64,000 bases of DNA from an uncultured Cellulomonas sp. (GCF_963527515.1 NZ_CAURTV010000007.1:10910-74909); one strand, 5' to 3'; shown: positions 29,296 through 39,899, counted from the stretch's first letter. Notes: generated by a model from the letters alone, not told the origin. Made by a program: numbers and translations.

Positions 29296-31191
29296 ATGCT
29301 GACTCGCTTCCGCAAGCTGATCGTCGCCACCGTGCTCGCCGCCGGCCTGGTCGCCATCCCCCTGGCGCTGCCGGAGCTGGCCCAGGCGGACACGGAGGCC
29401 TGTGCCCCGTCGAGGAGCGACCGGCTCATCCCTGGCGAGAGCCTGAGCCCCGGCGAGAAGATCAAGTCACTGAACGGCCGGTACACGTTCGGCCTGGAGG
29501 CTGACGGCACCGTCGCGATCCGCACCGCGGCGGGCGGTGCGCTGTGGAAGAAGGGGCCGTTCGGCGCCGGCTCCGAGCTCAAGGTCGAGGCGGGCAGCGA
29601 CCTGGTCCTGCGGGACAAGGCCGACGTCGTCCGCTGGCACACGGGGATCGTGTCCGACTGCGCAGCGGTCGTCGTCCTCGGTGACGGACGCGTCGTGCTC
29701 GCCGAGAACACCAAGGAGCTCTGGAGCGTCCCGGCAGCCCGGGCCAAGACCGTGGCGGTCGAGGGGTGGGACCCCACCAAGCCCTCCCCGGGAGCATGCG
29801 CGCCCGGCGCCACCGACCGGCTCGTACCGGGTCAGAGCCTCACCGTCGGCCGCCAGATCTCCTCGCCCCAGGGCGCGTACGCGTTCGCTCTCGAGGGTGA
29901 CGGCGACCTCGTGATCCGCACGGCGGCGGGCGGCGCGATCTGGAAGAAGGCCGGCGGCCCCGACGCGCGCCTCGACCTGACCGCCGGCGGTGACCTCCGC
30001 CTCCTCACGGCACAGGGTGCGCTCGTCTGGCACAACGAGGTCTCCTCCACCTGCGCCACGGTCGCCGTCCAGGACGACGGCCGCGTGGTCGCCCTCTCCG
30101 GCGGCAAGGTCGTCTGGGGCATCCCGATCGACCGCGGCGCGGTCATCCCGACGCCCACCCCGACACCGACCCCGACGCCCACGCCGACGCCGACCGTGAC
30201 GCCGACGCCCACGCCGACCCCCACGGCCACCGCGACGCCGAAGCCGACGACCGCACCGGCCCCCGCACCTGCGCCGGCCCCGGCGCCTGCTCCGGCCCCC
30301 GCACCGGCCAACCCCGGCTCCCGGAACCCCACGCACTACCCGTTCGCGTCGACCGCGCCGTGGAACATCGCGATCGGCTCGGGCGCCAAGTACGAGTCCG
30401 CATCGTCCCCGCGGACCGCCGACTTCCTGAGCGAGAACTCGGTCGTCAACCGCGCCAACTGGTCGATCGCGGTCAAGGTGGCCACGTCGAACGACCCGGT
30501 CGCGACCGTCACCAACATCAAGAACGGCGCGGTGTACAAGGTCCGGGTCCCCCGCGACACGACGGCGACGACCGGCACCGACATGCACGTGGGCGTGATC
30601 CAGCCCGACGGCGTCACCGGGTGGGAGTTCTACAAGTTCACCAACGTGGGCACCGACCAGTGGACGACGACCCGTGCGGTGCAGACGGACCTGCGGGGCG
30701 ACGGGATGGCCGACGGTGCCCGCGCCTCGGGCATCTCCTTCTACATCGGCCTGATCCGGGCCGAGGAGCTCAAGGCGCTCTCGATCAAGCACGTGCTGGC
30801 GATCGGGCTGCCGGACGAGCGGCTCAAGGACGGCCCGGTGTGGCCGTCACGCACCCAGGACGCCAACGGCGCCACGGCCTACTCGGGCAACGTCCCGATG
30901 GGCACCATGGCGGCGATCCCGCCGGACGTGAACATCGACGCGATGAAGCTGAGCCCGGAGGGCAAGGCGCTCGGCCACGCCCTGCAGGACTACGGAGCGC
31001 TGGTACTCGTCCGGTCGGGGACGGCCTCGCTGTTCTGCGAGCTGTCCTGCGACTCGGCTCAGGCGAGCGCGGCGAACGCCGCCTTCGACCAGCTCTACCC
31101 GCTGATGCGCGTCGTCACCAACAACACGGCGGCCACGCCCGGCGGCGGGGGCACCCCGCGCCAGCCGGCACTCCCGGGCCTCTCGAAGTAG
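29296..31191 (+). CDS. Secreted protein: two bulb-type (B-)lectin-like domains, PT/PA linker, uncharacterised C-terminal domain
   Basis: Signal peptide (AQA|D). Repeated DRL.PG.SL..G..I.S..G.Y.F.LE.DG....R.....(L/I)W modules. Pro/Thr/Ala linker. C-terminal domain of about 290 aa. Confidence 0.88.
   Translation: MLTRFRKLIVATVLAAGLVAIPLALPELAQADTEACAPSRSDRLIPGESLSPGEKIKSLNGRYTFGLEADGTVAIRTAAGGALWKKGPFGAGSELKVEAGSDLVLRDKADVVRWHTGIVSDCAAVVVLGDGRVVLAENTKELWSVPAARAKTVAVEGWDPTKPSPGACAPGATDRLVPGQSLTVGRQISSPQGAYAFALEGDGDLVIRTAAGGAIWKKAGGPDARLDLTAGGDLRLLTAQGALVWHNEVSSTCATVAVQDDGRVVALSGGKVVWGIPIDRGAVIPTPTPTPTPTPTPTPTVTPTPTPTPTATATPKPTTAPAPAPAPAPAPAPAPAPANPGSRNPTHYPFASTAPWNIAIGSGAKYESASSPRTADFLSENSVVNRANWSIAVKVATSNDPVATVTNIKNGAVYKVRVPRDTTATTGTDMHVGVIQPDGVTGWEFYKFTNVGTDQWTTTRAVQTDLRGDGMADGARASGISFYIGLIRAEELKALSIKHVLAIGLPDERLKDGPVWPSRTQDANGATAYSGNVPMGTMAAIPPDVNIDAMKLSPEGKALGHALQDYGALVLVRSGTASLFCELSCDSAQASAANAAFDQLYPLMRVVTNNTAATPGGGGTPRQPALPGLSK
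30148..30309 (+). repeat. Coding hexanucleotide-like repeats encoding (PT)n then (PA)n linker
   Basis: ccgacg/cccacc and gcaccg/gccccg arrays in frame. Confidence 0.85.
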
Positions 31192-31196
31192 CACCG

Positions 31197-31234
31197 ACGA
31201 CGACGGGGGTCCCGGTCGGGACCCCCGTCGTCGT
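31197..31234. terminator. Bidirectional 17-bp hairpin between convergent genes
   Basis: ACGACGACGGGGGTCCC-GGTC-GGGACCCCCGTCGTCGT. Confidence 0.8.
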
Positions 31235-31255
31235 GCTGCGCCTGTGCGGCTGCGG

Positions 31256-31678
31256 TCAGCGACCGCGTCCGCGGGCACCCAGGCGGGTCGCGGACCAGTC
31301 CGAGGCGATGGAGAACGTGCTCATCGCGTGCAGGCCGGACGTCGTCGCGGCCTCCTCGATGTCGCTGTGGGACACGTGGCCGGGGCGCCCGGCCTTCGGT
31401 GTGAGCACCCAGATGGGGCCGCCGTCGTCGAGCACCGTCATGGCGTCGACGAGCGCGTCCGTGAGGTCTCCGTCGCCGTCGCGGAACCAGATGACGGCGC
31501 CGTCCGTGACGTCGTCGTACTCCTCGTCGACCAGCTCGGTGCCGGTCACGGCCTCGAGACCGGTGCGCAGGTGGTCGTCGACGTCATCGTCGTAGCCGAA
31601 CTCCTGGATCACCTGGCCCGAGGAGAAGCCCAAGCGGGCGGCCGCCTGCGACGCGCCTTCGTCCGCGGTGGATGACAC
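31256..31678 (-). CDS. DUF3052 family protein
   Basis: VIQEFGYDDDVD, IWFRDGDGDL.DALVD, WVLTPK.GRPGHV. Confidence 0.92.
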   Translation of the reverse strand: MSSTADEGASQAAARLGFSSGQVIQEFGYDDDVDDHLRTGLEAVTGTELVDEEYDDVTDGAVIWFRDGDGDLTDALVDAMTVLDDGGPIWVLTPKAGRPGHVSHSDIEEAATTSGLHAMSTFSIASDWSATRLGARGRGR

Positions 31679-31846
31679 GTCCGGACCGCTCCCTTCCGTC
31701 TCGGCGTGCCCGTCGGGGGCCGCCTGCTCATTGCCGCACACGCTAGCCCACCGCACCCGGACGGGCGCACGCAAGACCTGCACAGATGATGGTGTCGGCG
31801 GCTGCGTGTGCCGATAGGTTCGAGCTCCACGGACCCTGGAGGGTGG

Positions 31847-32311
31847 ATGCGCCCGGAGACGCTCTGGTGGCTGTCCTGCCGCCTGCACCGCCGTCGCCTG
31901 ACCCTGCTCGCCCGTCTGCTCAAGGCGGTCAACTTCCTGCTGTTCCACGCCGTCCTGCCGTACGAGTGCGACGTCCCGCGGGACGTGACCCTCTGGCACC
32001 ACGGCCTCGGCACCGTCGTGCACCCGAACACGCGCCTCGGGCACCGCGTGAAGATCGGGCACAACGTCACGATCACGGCCGGGTCGCAGGCCCCGGGGTC
32101 GGACCTCGCCGTGCTGCTCGGTGACGACGTCGTCGTCGGGACCGGCGCTCTCGTGCGCCCCCGTCGGGGCCACCGGCTCGTCGTGGGGGCCGGGGCACAG
32201 ATCGGCGCCCACGCGGTCGTCGTGCGGGACGTGCCGCCCGGTGCGGTGATGGTCCCGCCCGTCGCCGAGATGAAATTCGCGGGCGGTCCGGTGGCACCCG
32301 AGGAAAGCTGA
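31847..32311 (+). CDS. Hexapeptide-repeat O-acetyltransferase (serine acetyltransferase/WcaB-like, short form)
   Basis: HHGLG.V.HP, VKIGHNVTI, LGDDVVVG.GA, IGAHAVVVRDVP; GGAGG SD. Confidence 0.82.
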   Translation: MRPETLWWLSCRLHRRRLTLLARLLKAVNFLLFHAVLPYECDVPRDVTLWHHGLGTVVHPNTRLGHRVKIGHNVTITAGSQAPGSDLAVLLGDDVVVGTGALVRPRRGHRLVVGAGAQIGAHAVVVRDVPPGAVMVPPVAEMKFAGGPVAPEES

Positions 32312-32497
32312 CTGTCACGGACGTCACGTGGACGTTCCTGGTACTCGGTGTGACTTTCGGGGCTCCGGGGTCCGAGAATGGGTCGACTACCCGCACGTGT
32401 CGCAGGCGCCACCCCGGTGCACGCCGACAGGTCCGGGCCAGATGCGCCGCCGATGCCGACCGGGCTCGTGCGCGCGGACGAGACGCAAGGAGCGCTG

Positions 32498-35242
32498 GTG
32501 GCTTCGATCGACGAGACGGGACCGCTCATCGGCGGCCTGCTCAGCCAGGTGCCGGACATCGACCCGGACGAGACCGGTGAGTGGGTGGAGTCCCTCGACG
32601 GACTCATCGACGAGAAGGGCGGCCCACGCGCGCGCTACGTGCTGCTGAGCATGCTGCGGCACGCGCGCCAGCGGAACGTGGCCATCCCGGCCTCCCTGAA
32701 CACCCCCTACGTGAACACCATCGCGGTGCACGACGAGCCCTACTTCCCGGGCGACGAGGCGCTGGAGCGCCGCTACCGCTCGTGGATCCGCTGGAACGCC
32801 GCCGTGATGGTGACGCGCGCGCAGCGGCCCGGGATCGGCGTCGGCGGGCACATCTCCTCCTACGCGTCGGTCGCGACGCTGACCGAGGTGGGCCTCAACC
32901 ACTTCTTCCGTGGCAAGGACCACCCCGGCGGCGGTGACCAGGTGTACTTCCAGGGTCACGCCTCCCCCGGCGTCTACGCGCGCGGGTTCCTCGAGGGCCG
33001 CCTGAGCGCCCACCAGCTGGACGGGTTCCGGCAGGAGCTCTCGCACCCGGGCGGCGGCCTCCCGTCCTACCCGCACCCCCGTCTCGCCCCTGACCTGTGG
33101 GAGTTCCCGACGGTCTCCATGGGTCTCGGCCCGGCGTCGGCCATCTACCAGGCCTGGACCAACCGCTACCTGCACCTGCGGGGCATCAAGGACACCAGCC
33201 AGCAGGACGTGTGGGCGTTCCTGGGCGACGGCGAGATGGACGAGCCCGAGTCCCGCGGCATGCTCCAGCTGGCCGGCCAGCAGGGCCTGGACAACCTCAC
33301 GTTCGTGGTGAACTGCAACCTGCAGCGGCTCGACGGACCGGTGCGCGGCAACGGCAAGATCATCCAGGAGCTCGAGGCGCAGTTCCGCGGCGCCGGCTGG
33401 AACGTCATCAAGGTCATCTGGGGCCGCGAGTGGGACACCCTGCTCAACGCTGACAAGGACCGCGCGCTCGTCAACCTGATGAACACGACGCCCGACGGTG
33501 ACTTCCAGACGTACCGCGCGGAGAGCGGCGCGTTCATCCGCGAGAACTTCTTCGGCCGCGACCCGCGGACCAAGCAGCTCGTCGAGAAGATGACCGACGA
33601 CGAGATCTGGGCGCTCAAGCGAGGCGGGCACGACTACCGCAAGATCTACGCCGCCTACAAGGCCGCCCGTGAGCACACCGGCACGCCGACGGTGATCCTG
33701 GCGCACACCATCAAGGGCTACGGTCTGGGCTCCGGCTTCGCGGGGCGCAACGCCACGCACCAGATGAAGAAGCTCAAGTCGGACGACCTCAAGACGCTGC
33801 GCGACTCGCTGCACATCCCGATCACGGACGAGCAGATCGACGAGAACCCGTACGTGCCGCCGTACTTCCACCCGGGTCCCGAGGACGAGGGCATCCAGTA
33901 CATGCTCGAGCGCCGGCGCCAGCTCGGCGGCTTCGTGCCGGAGCGTCGCACCACGCACAAGCCGCTGACCCTCCCGGACGCCAAGGTCTACGAGGGACTC
34001 GCCAAGGGCTCGGGGCACCAGGAGGTCGCCACGACCATGGCGCTGGTGCGCCTGTTCAAGGACCTCGTGCGGGACAAGGAGTTCGGCCACCGCCTGGTGC
34101 CGATCATCCCCGACGAGGCCCGCACCTTCGGTCTGGACTCGATCTTCCCGAGCGCCAAGATCTTCAACACGAACGGCCAGAACTACATGGCCGTGGACCG
34201 CGAGCTCATGCTCTCCTACAAGGAGTCCGAGTCCGGCCAGATCATGCACACGGGCATCAACGAGGCCGGCTCGGCGTCGGCGTTCCAGGCGGTGGGCACG
34301 TCCTACGCGACGCACGGCGAGCCGCTGATCCCGTTCTACTTCTACTACTCGATGTTCGGGTTCCAGCGCACCGGCGACCAGTTCTGGGCGGCCGGGGACC
34401 AGATGACGCGCGGGTTCCTCATCGGTGCCACGGCCGGCCGCACCACGCTGACCGGCGAGGGCCTGCAGCACGCGGACGGCCACTCGCCGCTGCTCGCCGG
34501 GACCATGTCGCACGTCGTGCACTACGACCCGGCGTACGGGTACGAGATCCGGCACATCGTCAAGGACGGCATCGAGCGGATGTACGGCGAGGGTCACGAC
34601 CGCGACCGCGACGTCATCTACTACCTCACGGTCTACAACGAGCCGATGCAGCAGCCGGCGGAGCCCGAGGGCGTCGACGTCGAGGGCATCCTGCGCGGCA
34701 TCCACCTGATCGCCCCGGCGGAGGGTGACGGGCCGCGTGCCCAGATCCTGGCGTCGGGAGTGGCGGTGCCGTGGGCCCTCGAGGCCAAGAACCTGCTGGC
34801 CGCGGACTGGGGCGTCCAGGCCGCCGTCTGGTCGGTCACCAGCTGGAACGAGCTGCGTCGGGACGGCCTCGCGGCGGACCAGCAGGCGTACCTGCACCCC
34901 GGCGAGGAGGAGCGCGTCCCGTACCTCACGCAGAAGCTGCAGGGCGCCGAGGGGCCGTTCGTCGCGACGACGGACTTCGACCACCTCGTCGCCGACCAGG
35001 TGCGCGCGTGGATCCCCGGCACGTACGCCACCCTGGGTGCCGACGGCTTCGGCTTCTCGGACACCCGCGCGGCCGCTCGTCGCCACTTCAAGATCGACGG
35101 ACCGTCCACGGTGGTCCGGGTGCTGCAGCAGCTCGCCCGCACCGGTGCCGTGAGCCCGGAGGCACCCGCGCAGGCGATCGAGCGCTACCGCCTGTACGAC
35201 GTCACGGCCGGCACGTCCGGCAACACGGGCGGCGACAGCTGA
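32498..35242 (+). CDS. aceE: Pyruvate dehydrogenase E1 (homodimeric)
   Basis: [53 protein letters not shown]. Confidence 0.97.
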   Translation: MASIDETGPLIGGLLSQVPDIDPDETGEWVESLDGLIDEKGGPRARYVLLSMLRHARQRNVAIPASLNTPYVNTIAVHDEPYFPGDEALERRYRSWIRWNAAVMVTRAQRPGIGVGGHISSYASVATLTEVGLNHFFRGKDHPGGGDQVYFQGHASPGVYARGFLEGRLSAHQLDGFRQELSHPGGGLPSYPHPRLAPDLWEFPTVSMGLGPASAIYQAWTNRYLHLRGIKDTSQQDVWAFLGDGEMDEPESRGMLQLAGQQGLDNLTFVVNCNLQRLDGPVRGNGKIIQELEAQFRGAGWNVIKVIWGREWDTLLNADKDRALVNLMNTTPDGDFQTYRAESGAFIRENFFGRDPRTKQLVEKMTDDEIWALKRGGHDYRKIYAAYKAAREHTGTPTVILAHTIKGYGLGSGFAGRNATHQMKKLKSDDLKTLRDSLHIPITDEQIDENPYVPPYFHPGPEDEGIQYMLERRRQLGGFVPERRTTHKPLTLPDAKVYEGLAKGSGHQEVATTMALVRLFKDLVRDKEFGHRLVPIIPDEARTFGLDSIFPSAKIFNTNGQNYMAVDRELMLSYKESESGQIMHTGINEAGSASAFQAVGTSYATHGEPLIPFYFYYSMFGFQRTGDQFWAAGDQMTRGFLIGATAGRTTLTGEGLQHADGHSPLLAGTMSHVVHYDPAYGYEIRHIVKDGIERMYGEGHDRDRDVIYYLTVYNEPMQQPAEPEGVDVEGILRGIHLIAPAEGDGPRAQILASGVAVPWALEAKNLLAADWGVQAAVWSVTSWNELRRDGLAADQQAYLHPGEEERVPYLTQKLQGAEGPFVATTDFDHLVADQVRAWIPGTYATLGADGFGFSDTRAAARRHFKIDGPSTVVRVLQQLARTGAVSPEAPAQAIERYRLYDVTAGTSGNTGGDS

Positions 35243-35254
35243 GCTGACCCACCG

Positions 35255-35294
35255 ACGACGAAGGCCCGGGCTCCAGAGCCCGGGCCTTCGTCGT
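35255..35294. terminator. Bidirectional hairpin terminator
   Basis: ACGACGAAGGCCCGGGCTC pairs with GAGCCCGGGCCTTCGTCGT, between convergent genes. Confidence 0.85.
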
Positions 35295-35302
35295 TCCCGG
35301 CG

Positions 35303-35989
35303 TCAGGTGCCGGGGATGGTCTGCTCGGCGTGCGCGACGTCGCGCGCGAGCTCCGCCTTGAGCTCCGCGACGCGCTTCTGGTCGGGGTACAGGTCGAGCG
35401 CCGCGATGTGCTGCTTGGCCTCGAGGGGCCGGCCGGCCTCGATGGAGGCGAGCACCAGGTGGCGGGCGACCTCGGGGTCGTGCTCGCGCGGGCGCCAGTG
35501 GCCCACGCCGAGACCCAGGGCGTCCACGGGCAGCCCGGCTCCACGCAGCAGCGCCAGCGCCTCGACCAGGGCCTTGCCGGACGGGTCGCGCTCCGCCGCG
35601 GTGGTGAGGCGACGGACGGTGCCCTCGTGGTCGTCGTGCACGGACAGGCGCGCGACCTCGATGAGCGGGTACCAGGCCCGGGGGTTGCCGGCCAGCTCCT
35701 CGCCCAGCGCCCAGACGGCGAGGTCCGCGGCTCGCTGGCGCTCCGTCTCGTCGGCGGGCGCGGCGAGCGGGTCGGGGTCCGTGCTGGCCTCGGCGGCTCG
35801 GCGACGGACGATCTCCGCGAGGGCGACGAACGCGCGCTCGTTGTTCGGGTCGTCGCTGAGCATGGAGCGCAGCGCGTCCTCGTGGAGCGTGTCGCCGCGC
35901 CGCGCAGCCTTGGTGGGTCGACGTGCGCCGACCCGCGAGGCCGAGGTCGGCCGTCGCATGAGCTGTCGCAAACGGGGCAGAAGTGCCAT
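35303..35989 (-). CDS. TPR-like helical repeat protein
   Basis: All-helical composition, good codon bias, leaderless TAGGGT -10. Confidence 0.7.
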   Translation of the reverse strand: MALLPRLRQLMRRPTSASRVGARRPTKAARRGDTLHEDALRSMLSDDPNNERAFVALAEIVRRRAAEASTDPDPLAAPADETERQRAADLAVWALGEELAGNPRAWYPLIEVARLSVHDDHEGTVRRLTTAAERDPSGKALVEALALLRGAGLPVDALGLGVGHWRPREHDPEVARHLVLASIEAGRPLEAKQHIAALDLYPDQKRVAELKAELARDVAHAEQTIPGT

Positions 35990-36073
35990 GACGCGACCCT
36001 ATCCGGTAGGGGCGAGCCACACCCGGCCGACGACGCACCTCACATCCGGCGGGCGGCTGGCTGTGACCGCCAT

Positions 36074-36090
36074 TTGTCGACTTCCCACAA
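36074..36090. promoter_or_regulatory. FasR/MabR-type palindrome TTGT-N9-ACAA in the fasR promoter
   Basis: TTGTcgacttcccACAA, same layout as the site upstream of fabD. Confidence 0.65.
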
Positions 36091-36112
36091 TGCAGGACCT
36101 TATGCTCGGCCC

Positions 36113-37405
36113 ATGTCGAGCATCCCGCCCGGGACGGGCCCCGCACCCGCCGCCCGGTCGGAGCCGCCGACGTCGCCCAGCCGACCGCGCCGCTCGGCCG
36201 CCGCACGCCTGCGCACCCCGGTGCTCGAGGCGCGCGGGGGTCCCGAGACGCAGCGCAGGGTGCGCGACAGCGCCGGGCTGCTGTCGGCCGCCGCGATGCG
36301 CCGCCTCGACGACGACGTCGAGTGGTACCGCGCGCTGCCGGCCGAGGACCGTTCGTGGGTGGGGCTGGTCGCGCAGGCGGGCATCACCGCCTTCGTCACC
36401 TGGTTCGCCGACCCGACGCGGCCGCCGCACGGGGTGGGCGACATCTTCGCCGCGGCACCGCCGGAGCTGACCCGCTCCATCTCCCTGCAGCACACGCTCC
36501 AGCTCGTCCGGGTGGTGGTGGACGTCGTCGAGTCCCACTCCGACCGCCTGGCCGCCCCGGGTGACGAACGGGAGGTCCGCGAGGCGGTCCTGCGGTACTC
36601 CCGGGAGGTCGCGTTCTCCGCGGCCGAGGTCTACGCCCGCGCCGCCGAGGTCCGCGGCGCCTGGGACGCCCGCCTCGAGGCCCTCGTCGTCGACGCGCTG
36701 GTCCGCGACGACGTGGACGACGCCCTCCGCTCGCGGATCGCCGCGCTGGGCTGGAGCGGGCGCGGATCGACGCTGGTCATGGTCGGGACGACGTCGTCGG
36801 CCCTCGACGAGGTCAGGGGCGCCGAGCTGCGCCGGGCCACGCGACGTGCCGCCGACGACGCCCTGGTGGGCATCCAGGGCGACCGTCTGGTCGTCTTCCT
36901 GGGCGGCGAAGGTGACCTGCGCGCCGCGGCGAGCACGCTCCTGCCCCGGTTCGGCCCCGGTCCCGTGGTGATCGGACCCCTCGTGGGCGACCTCACCGAC
37001 TCGGCACGGTCGGCGCGCGCCGCCCTGTCCGGGCTGCTCGCCGCCCCCGCGTGGGAGCAGGCGCCGCGCCCGGTGCTGGCAGACGAGCTGCTGCCCGAGC
37101 GGGTCCTCGTCGGGGACGTCACGGCCCGCCGCGCGCTCGTCGCACAGGCGTTCGCGCCGCTGGCGGCCAGCCAAGGCTCCCTGCTCGAGACCCTGTCGGC
37201 CTACCTGGGCACCGGCCGGTCCCTCGAGGCGGCCGCCCGCACCCTGTACGTGCACCCCAACACCGTCCGGTACCGCCTGCGCCGGGTGTCCGACGTGACC
37301 GGGTGGGACCCGCTGGACGCCCGTGAGTCCTACGTGCTGCAGATGGCGCTGACGCTCGGCCGCCTCGACGCGGCAGAGGGTACGCCGGCGGTCGGCGCCC
37401 GCTGA
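36113..37405 (+). CDS. fasR: PucR-family regulator of the fab operon (FasR/MabR orthologue)
   Basis: AVLRYSREVAF.AA.VYARAAE.RGAWDARLEA; C-terminal HTH LYVHPNTVRYRL; directly upstream of fabD. Confidence 0.9.
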   Translation: MSSIPPGTGPAPAARSEPPTSPSRPRRSAAARLRTPVLEARGGPETQRRVRDSAGLLSAAAMRRLDDDVEWYRALPAEDRSWVGLVAQAGITAFVTWFADPTRPPHGVGDIFAAAPPELTRSISLQHTLQLVRVVVDVVESHSDRLAAPGDEREVREAVLRYSREVAFSAAEVYARAAEVRGAWDARLEALVVDALVRDDVDDALRSRIAALGWSGRGSTLVMVGTTSSALDEVRGAELRRATRRAADDALVGIQGDRLVVFLGGEGDLRAAASTLLPRFGPGPVVIGPLVGDLTDSARSARAALSGLLAAPAWEQAPRPVLADELLPERVLVGDVTARRALVAQAFAPLAASQGSLLETLSAYLGTGRSLEAAARTLYVHPNTVRYRLRRVSDVTGWDPLDARESYVLQMALTLGRLDAAEGTPAVGAR

Positions 37406-37431
37406 CCGGACACACGGGCCTGATCGGCGCG

Positions 37432-37448
37432 TTGTAGGAGTCGTACAA
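37432..37448. promoter_or_regulatory. FasR/MabR-type palindrome TTGT-N9-ACAA upstream of fabD
   Basis: TTGTaggagtcgtACAA in the fasR-fabD intergenic region. Confidence 0.7.
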
Positions 37449-37515
37449 GGGCGTCCGGCAAGGTTGGTGCACGCCGTAGGGCGGGTGGACGCGCTCGGCC
37501 GGGCAGAGTGGTCGC

Positions 37516-38490
37516 GTGCTCGCTGTCGTCTGCCCCGGTCAGGGCGCCCAGTCCCCCGGCATGCTCGCCCCGTGGCTCGAGCTGCCGTCCGTCGCCGAGT
37601 CGATCGCGCGGGCCTCCCGCACGGCCGGCCTGGACCTCGTCGCCCACGGCACCACCTCCGACGCGGAGACCATCCGGGACACCGCCGTCGCGCAGCCGCT
37701 CCTGGTGGCGTCCGCGCTGGCCAGCCTGCGTGCGGTCCTCGACCTGGGGGCCGACGACGCGCTGTCCGTGGCGGCCCAGGGTGCGGTCGGTGTCACGGCC
37801 GGGCACTCGGTGGGCGAGCTCGCTGCCGCCGTCGTGGCCGGCGTGCTCACCGACGACGAGGCGCTGCGCCTCGTGACGGTCCGCGGCGCCGCGATGGCCC
37901 GCGCAGCGGCGGTGACACCGACGGGGATGAGCGCCGTGCTCGGGGGCGACCCGGACGAGGTGCTCGCCGCCCTCGCCGCGCACGGCCTGCTCGCCGCGAA
38001 CGTCAACGGGGGCGGACAGGTGGTCGCCGCCGGGACGCTCGACGCTCTCGCGGCGTTCGCGGCCGCGCCACCGGCTCGCACCCGGGTCATCGCGCTGCAG
38101 GTCGCCGGCGCGTTCCACACCGAGCACATGGCACCGGCCGTCGCCGAGCTGCGGGCGGCTGCCGACTCCGTGGCTCCGGGCGAGCCGGTGGTTCCCCTGC
38201 TCACCAACTCGGACGGCACGGTCGCCGCCTCGGGCGCACGGGCGCTGGAGCTCGTCGTCGCGCAGGTCGCCAACCCGGTGCGCTGGGACCTGTGCCAGTC
38301 CACGCTCCTCGAGCTGGGCGTGACCGGCCTCCTCGAGGTCGCACCCGGAGGCGTGCTCACCGGGCTGGCCCGGCGTACGCTGCCCGGGGTCGAGACGGTC
38401 GCGGTCAAGACCCCTGCCGACCTCGACGCCGCGCGTGACCTGGTCCGTCGGCACGCCGGAACCCCCCAGAGCACCCAGGAGTCGTCGTGA
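37516..38490 (+). CDS. fabD: Malonyl-CoA:ACP transacylase
   Basis: PGQGAQ, GHSVGE, AFHT, PVRW. Confidence 0.96.
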   Translation: MLAVVCPGQGAQSPGMLAPWLELPSVAESIARASRTAGLDLVAHGTTSDAETIRDTAVAQPLLVASALASLRAVLDLGADDALSVAAQGAVGVTAGHSVGELAAAVVAGVLTDDEALRLVTVRGAAMARAAAVTPTGMSAVLGGDPDEVLAALAAHGLLAANVNGGGQVVAAGTLDALAAFAAAPPARTRVIALQVAGAFHTEHMAPAVAELRAAADSVAPGEPVVPLLTNSDGTVAASGARALELVVAQVANPVRWDLCQSTLLELGVTGLLEVAPGGVLTGLARRTLPGVETVAVKTPADLDAARDLVRRHAGTPQSTQESS

Positions 38491-39491
38491 CCCGTCCCAC
38501 CCTCACGCAGGCCACCGGTCCGGCGCACACCCGCATCCTCGGCCTCGGCGGCGTCCGCGGCGAGCGGACCGTCACCAACGACGAGCTGGTCGGCCCCATC
38601 GACTCCTCCGACGAGTGGATCCGCCAGCGCACCGGCATCATCACGCGACGCCGCGCCGAGCCGGGCACCGACGTGCTGGACCTCGCCGAGGGCGCCGCGC
38701 TGCAGGCGATCGCGAACGCGGGCCTGACCGGGGCGGACATCGACGTGGTGATCCTGTCGACGGTCACCTACTTCCACCAGACCCCGGCGGGTGCCGCGAT
38801 CATCGCGGACCGCATCGGCGCCACGCCCGCTGCGGCGTTCGACATCTCGGCCGCCTGCGCGGGCTACTGCTACGGGATCGGGCAGGCCGACGCCCTGGTC
38901 CGAGCGGGCAGCGCGCGCCACGTGCTCGTCATCGGCGCCGAGAAGATGAGCGAGTTCGTCGACCCGACCGACCGCTCCATCTCGTTCCTGCTGGGCGACG
39001 GTGCCGGCGCGGTCGTCATCGGTCCCTCGGACACGCCCGGCATCGGACCGACCGTCTGGGGCTCGGACGGCAGCCAGGCGCAGGCCATCCGCCAGACGCA
39101 CTCCTGGCTCGCCACGCGCGACGAGGGCCTCGGCTGGCCCACCCTGCGCCAGGAGGGTCCCAGCGTCTACAAGTGGGCCGTCTGGCAGATGGCGCCGGTC
39201 GCGCAGAAGGCCATGGACGCCGCGGGCGTGACCGCCGACGAGATCGAGGCCTTCATCCCCCACCAGGCGAACATGCGGATCATCGACCAGATGATCAAGA
39301 CGCTCAAGCTCCCGGACACCGTGGTGGTCGGCCGCGACATCGCCGACACCGGCAACACGTCCGCCGCCTCGATCCCGCTGGCGACCGAACGCCTGCTGCG
39401 CGAGGGTCAGGTGAGCAGCGGTGCGCTCGCCCTGCAGATCGGCTTCGGCGCCGGCCTGGTCTACGCCGCGCAGGTCGTCGTCCTGCCCTGA
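38487..39491 (+). CDS. fabH: Beta-ketoacyl-ACP synthase III
   Basis: DEWIRQRTGI, AACAG, HQAN, GNTSAAS, GFGAG. Confidence 0.96.
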   Translation: MTRPTLTQATGPAHTRILGLGGVRGERTVTNDELVGPIDSSDEWIRQRTGIITRRRAEPGTDVLDLAEGAALQAIANAGLTGADIDVVILSTVTYFHQTPAGAAIIADRIGATPAAAFDISAACAGYCYGIGQADALVRAGSARHVLVIGAEKMSEFVDPTDRSISFLLGDGAGAVVIGPSDTPGIGPTVWGSDGSQAQAIRQTHSWLATRDEGLGWPTLRQEGPSVYKWAVWQMAPVAQKAMDAAGVTADEIEAFIPHQANMRIIDQMIKTLKLPDTVVVGRDIADTGNTSAASIPLATERLLREGQVSSGALALQIGFGAGLVYAAQVVVLP

Positions 39492-39579
39492 CCGCCCGTG
39501 CGGCGCGACCGCCGGTTGTACCGTTCGTCCGACCCCAAGCGCTTCATCCCCGAAGCACGACCGACATGAGGAGACACCG

Positions 39580-39828
39580 ATGGCGTACAGCGAGCAGGAG
39601 ATCCTGGCAGGGCTGGCCGAGATCGTCAGCGAGGAGACCGGCCTGCCGACCGACTCCGTCCTGCCCGAGAAGTCCTTCACCGACGACCTCGACATCGACT
39701 CGCTGTCGATGATGACGATCGTCACGCTCGCCGAGGAGAAGTTCGACGTCCGCATCCCCGACGACGAGGTCAAGAACCTCGCCACCGTCGGCGACGCCGT
39801 CACGTTCATCACGGGCGCGCAGGCCTGA
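39580..39828 (+). CDS. acpP: Acyl carrier protein
   Basis: DDLDIDSLSM phosphopantetheine site; GAGGAG SD. Confidence 0.96.
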   Translation: MAYSEQEILAGLAEIVSEETGLPTDSVLPEKSFTDDLDIDSLSMMTIVTLAEEKFDVRIPDDEVKNLATVGDAVTFITGAQA

Positions 39829-39899
39829 GCCTGCCCCCGGGTCGGTCCCGGGCCGAGCGCCCGGGACCGACCACCCTCTCGACAGCCGATGGAGCACCG

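Noticed and set aside
30148..30309. CRISPR-like or mobile repeat array
   Set aside because: These are degenerate 6-nt coding repeats for a PT/PA linker, with no spacers and no cas genes.
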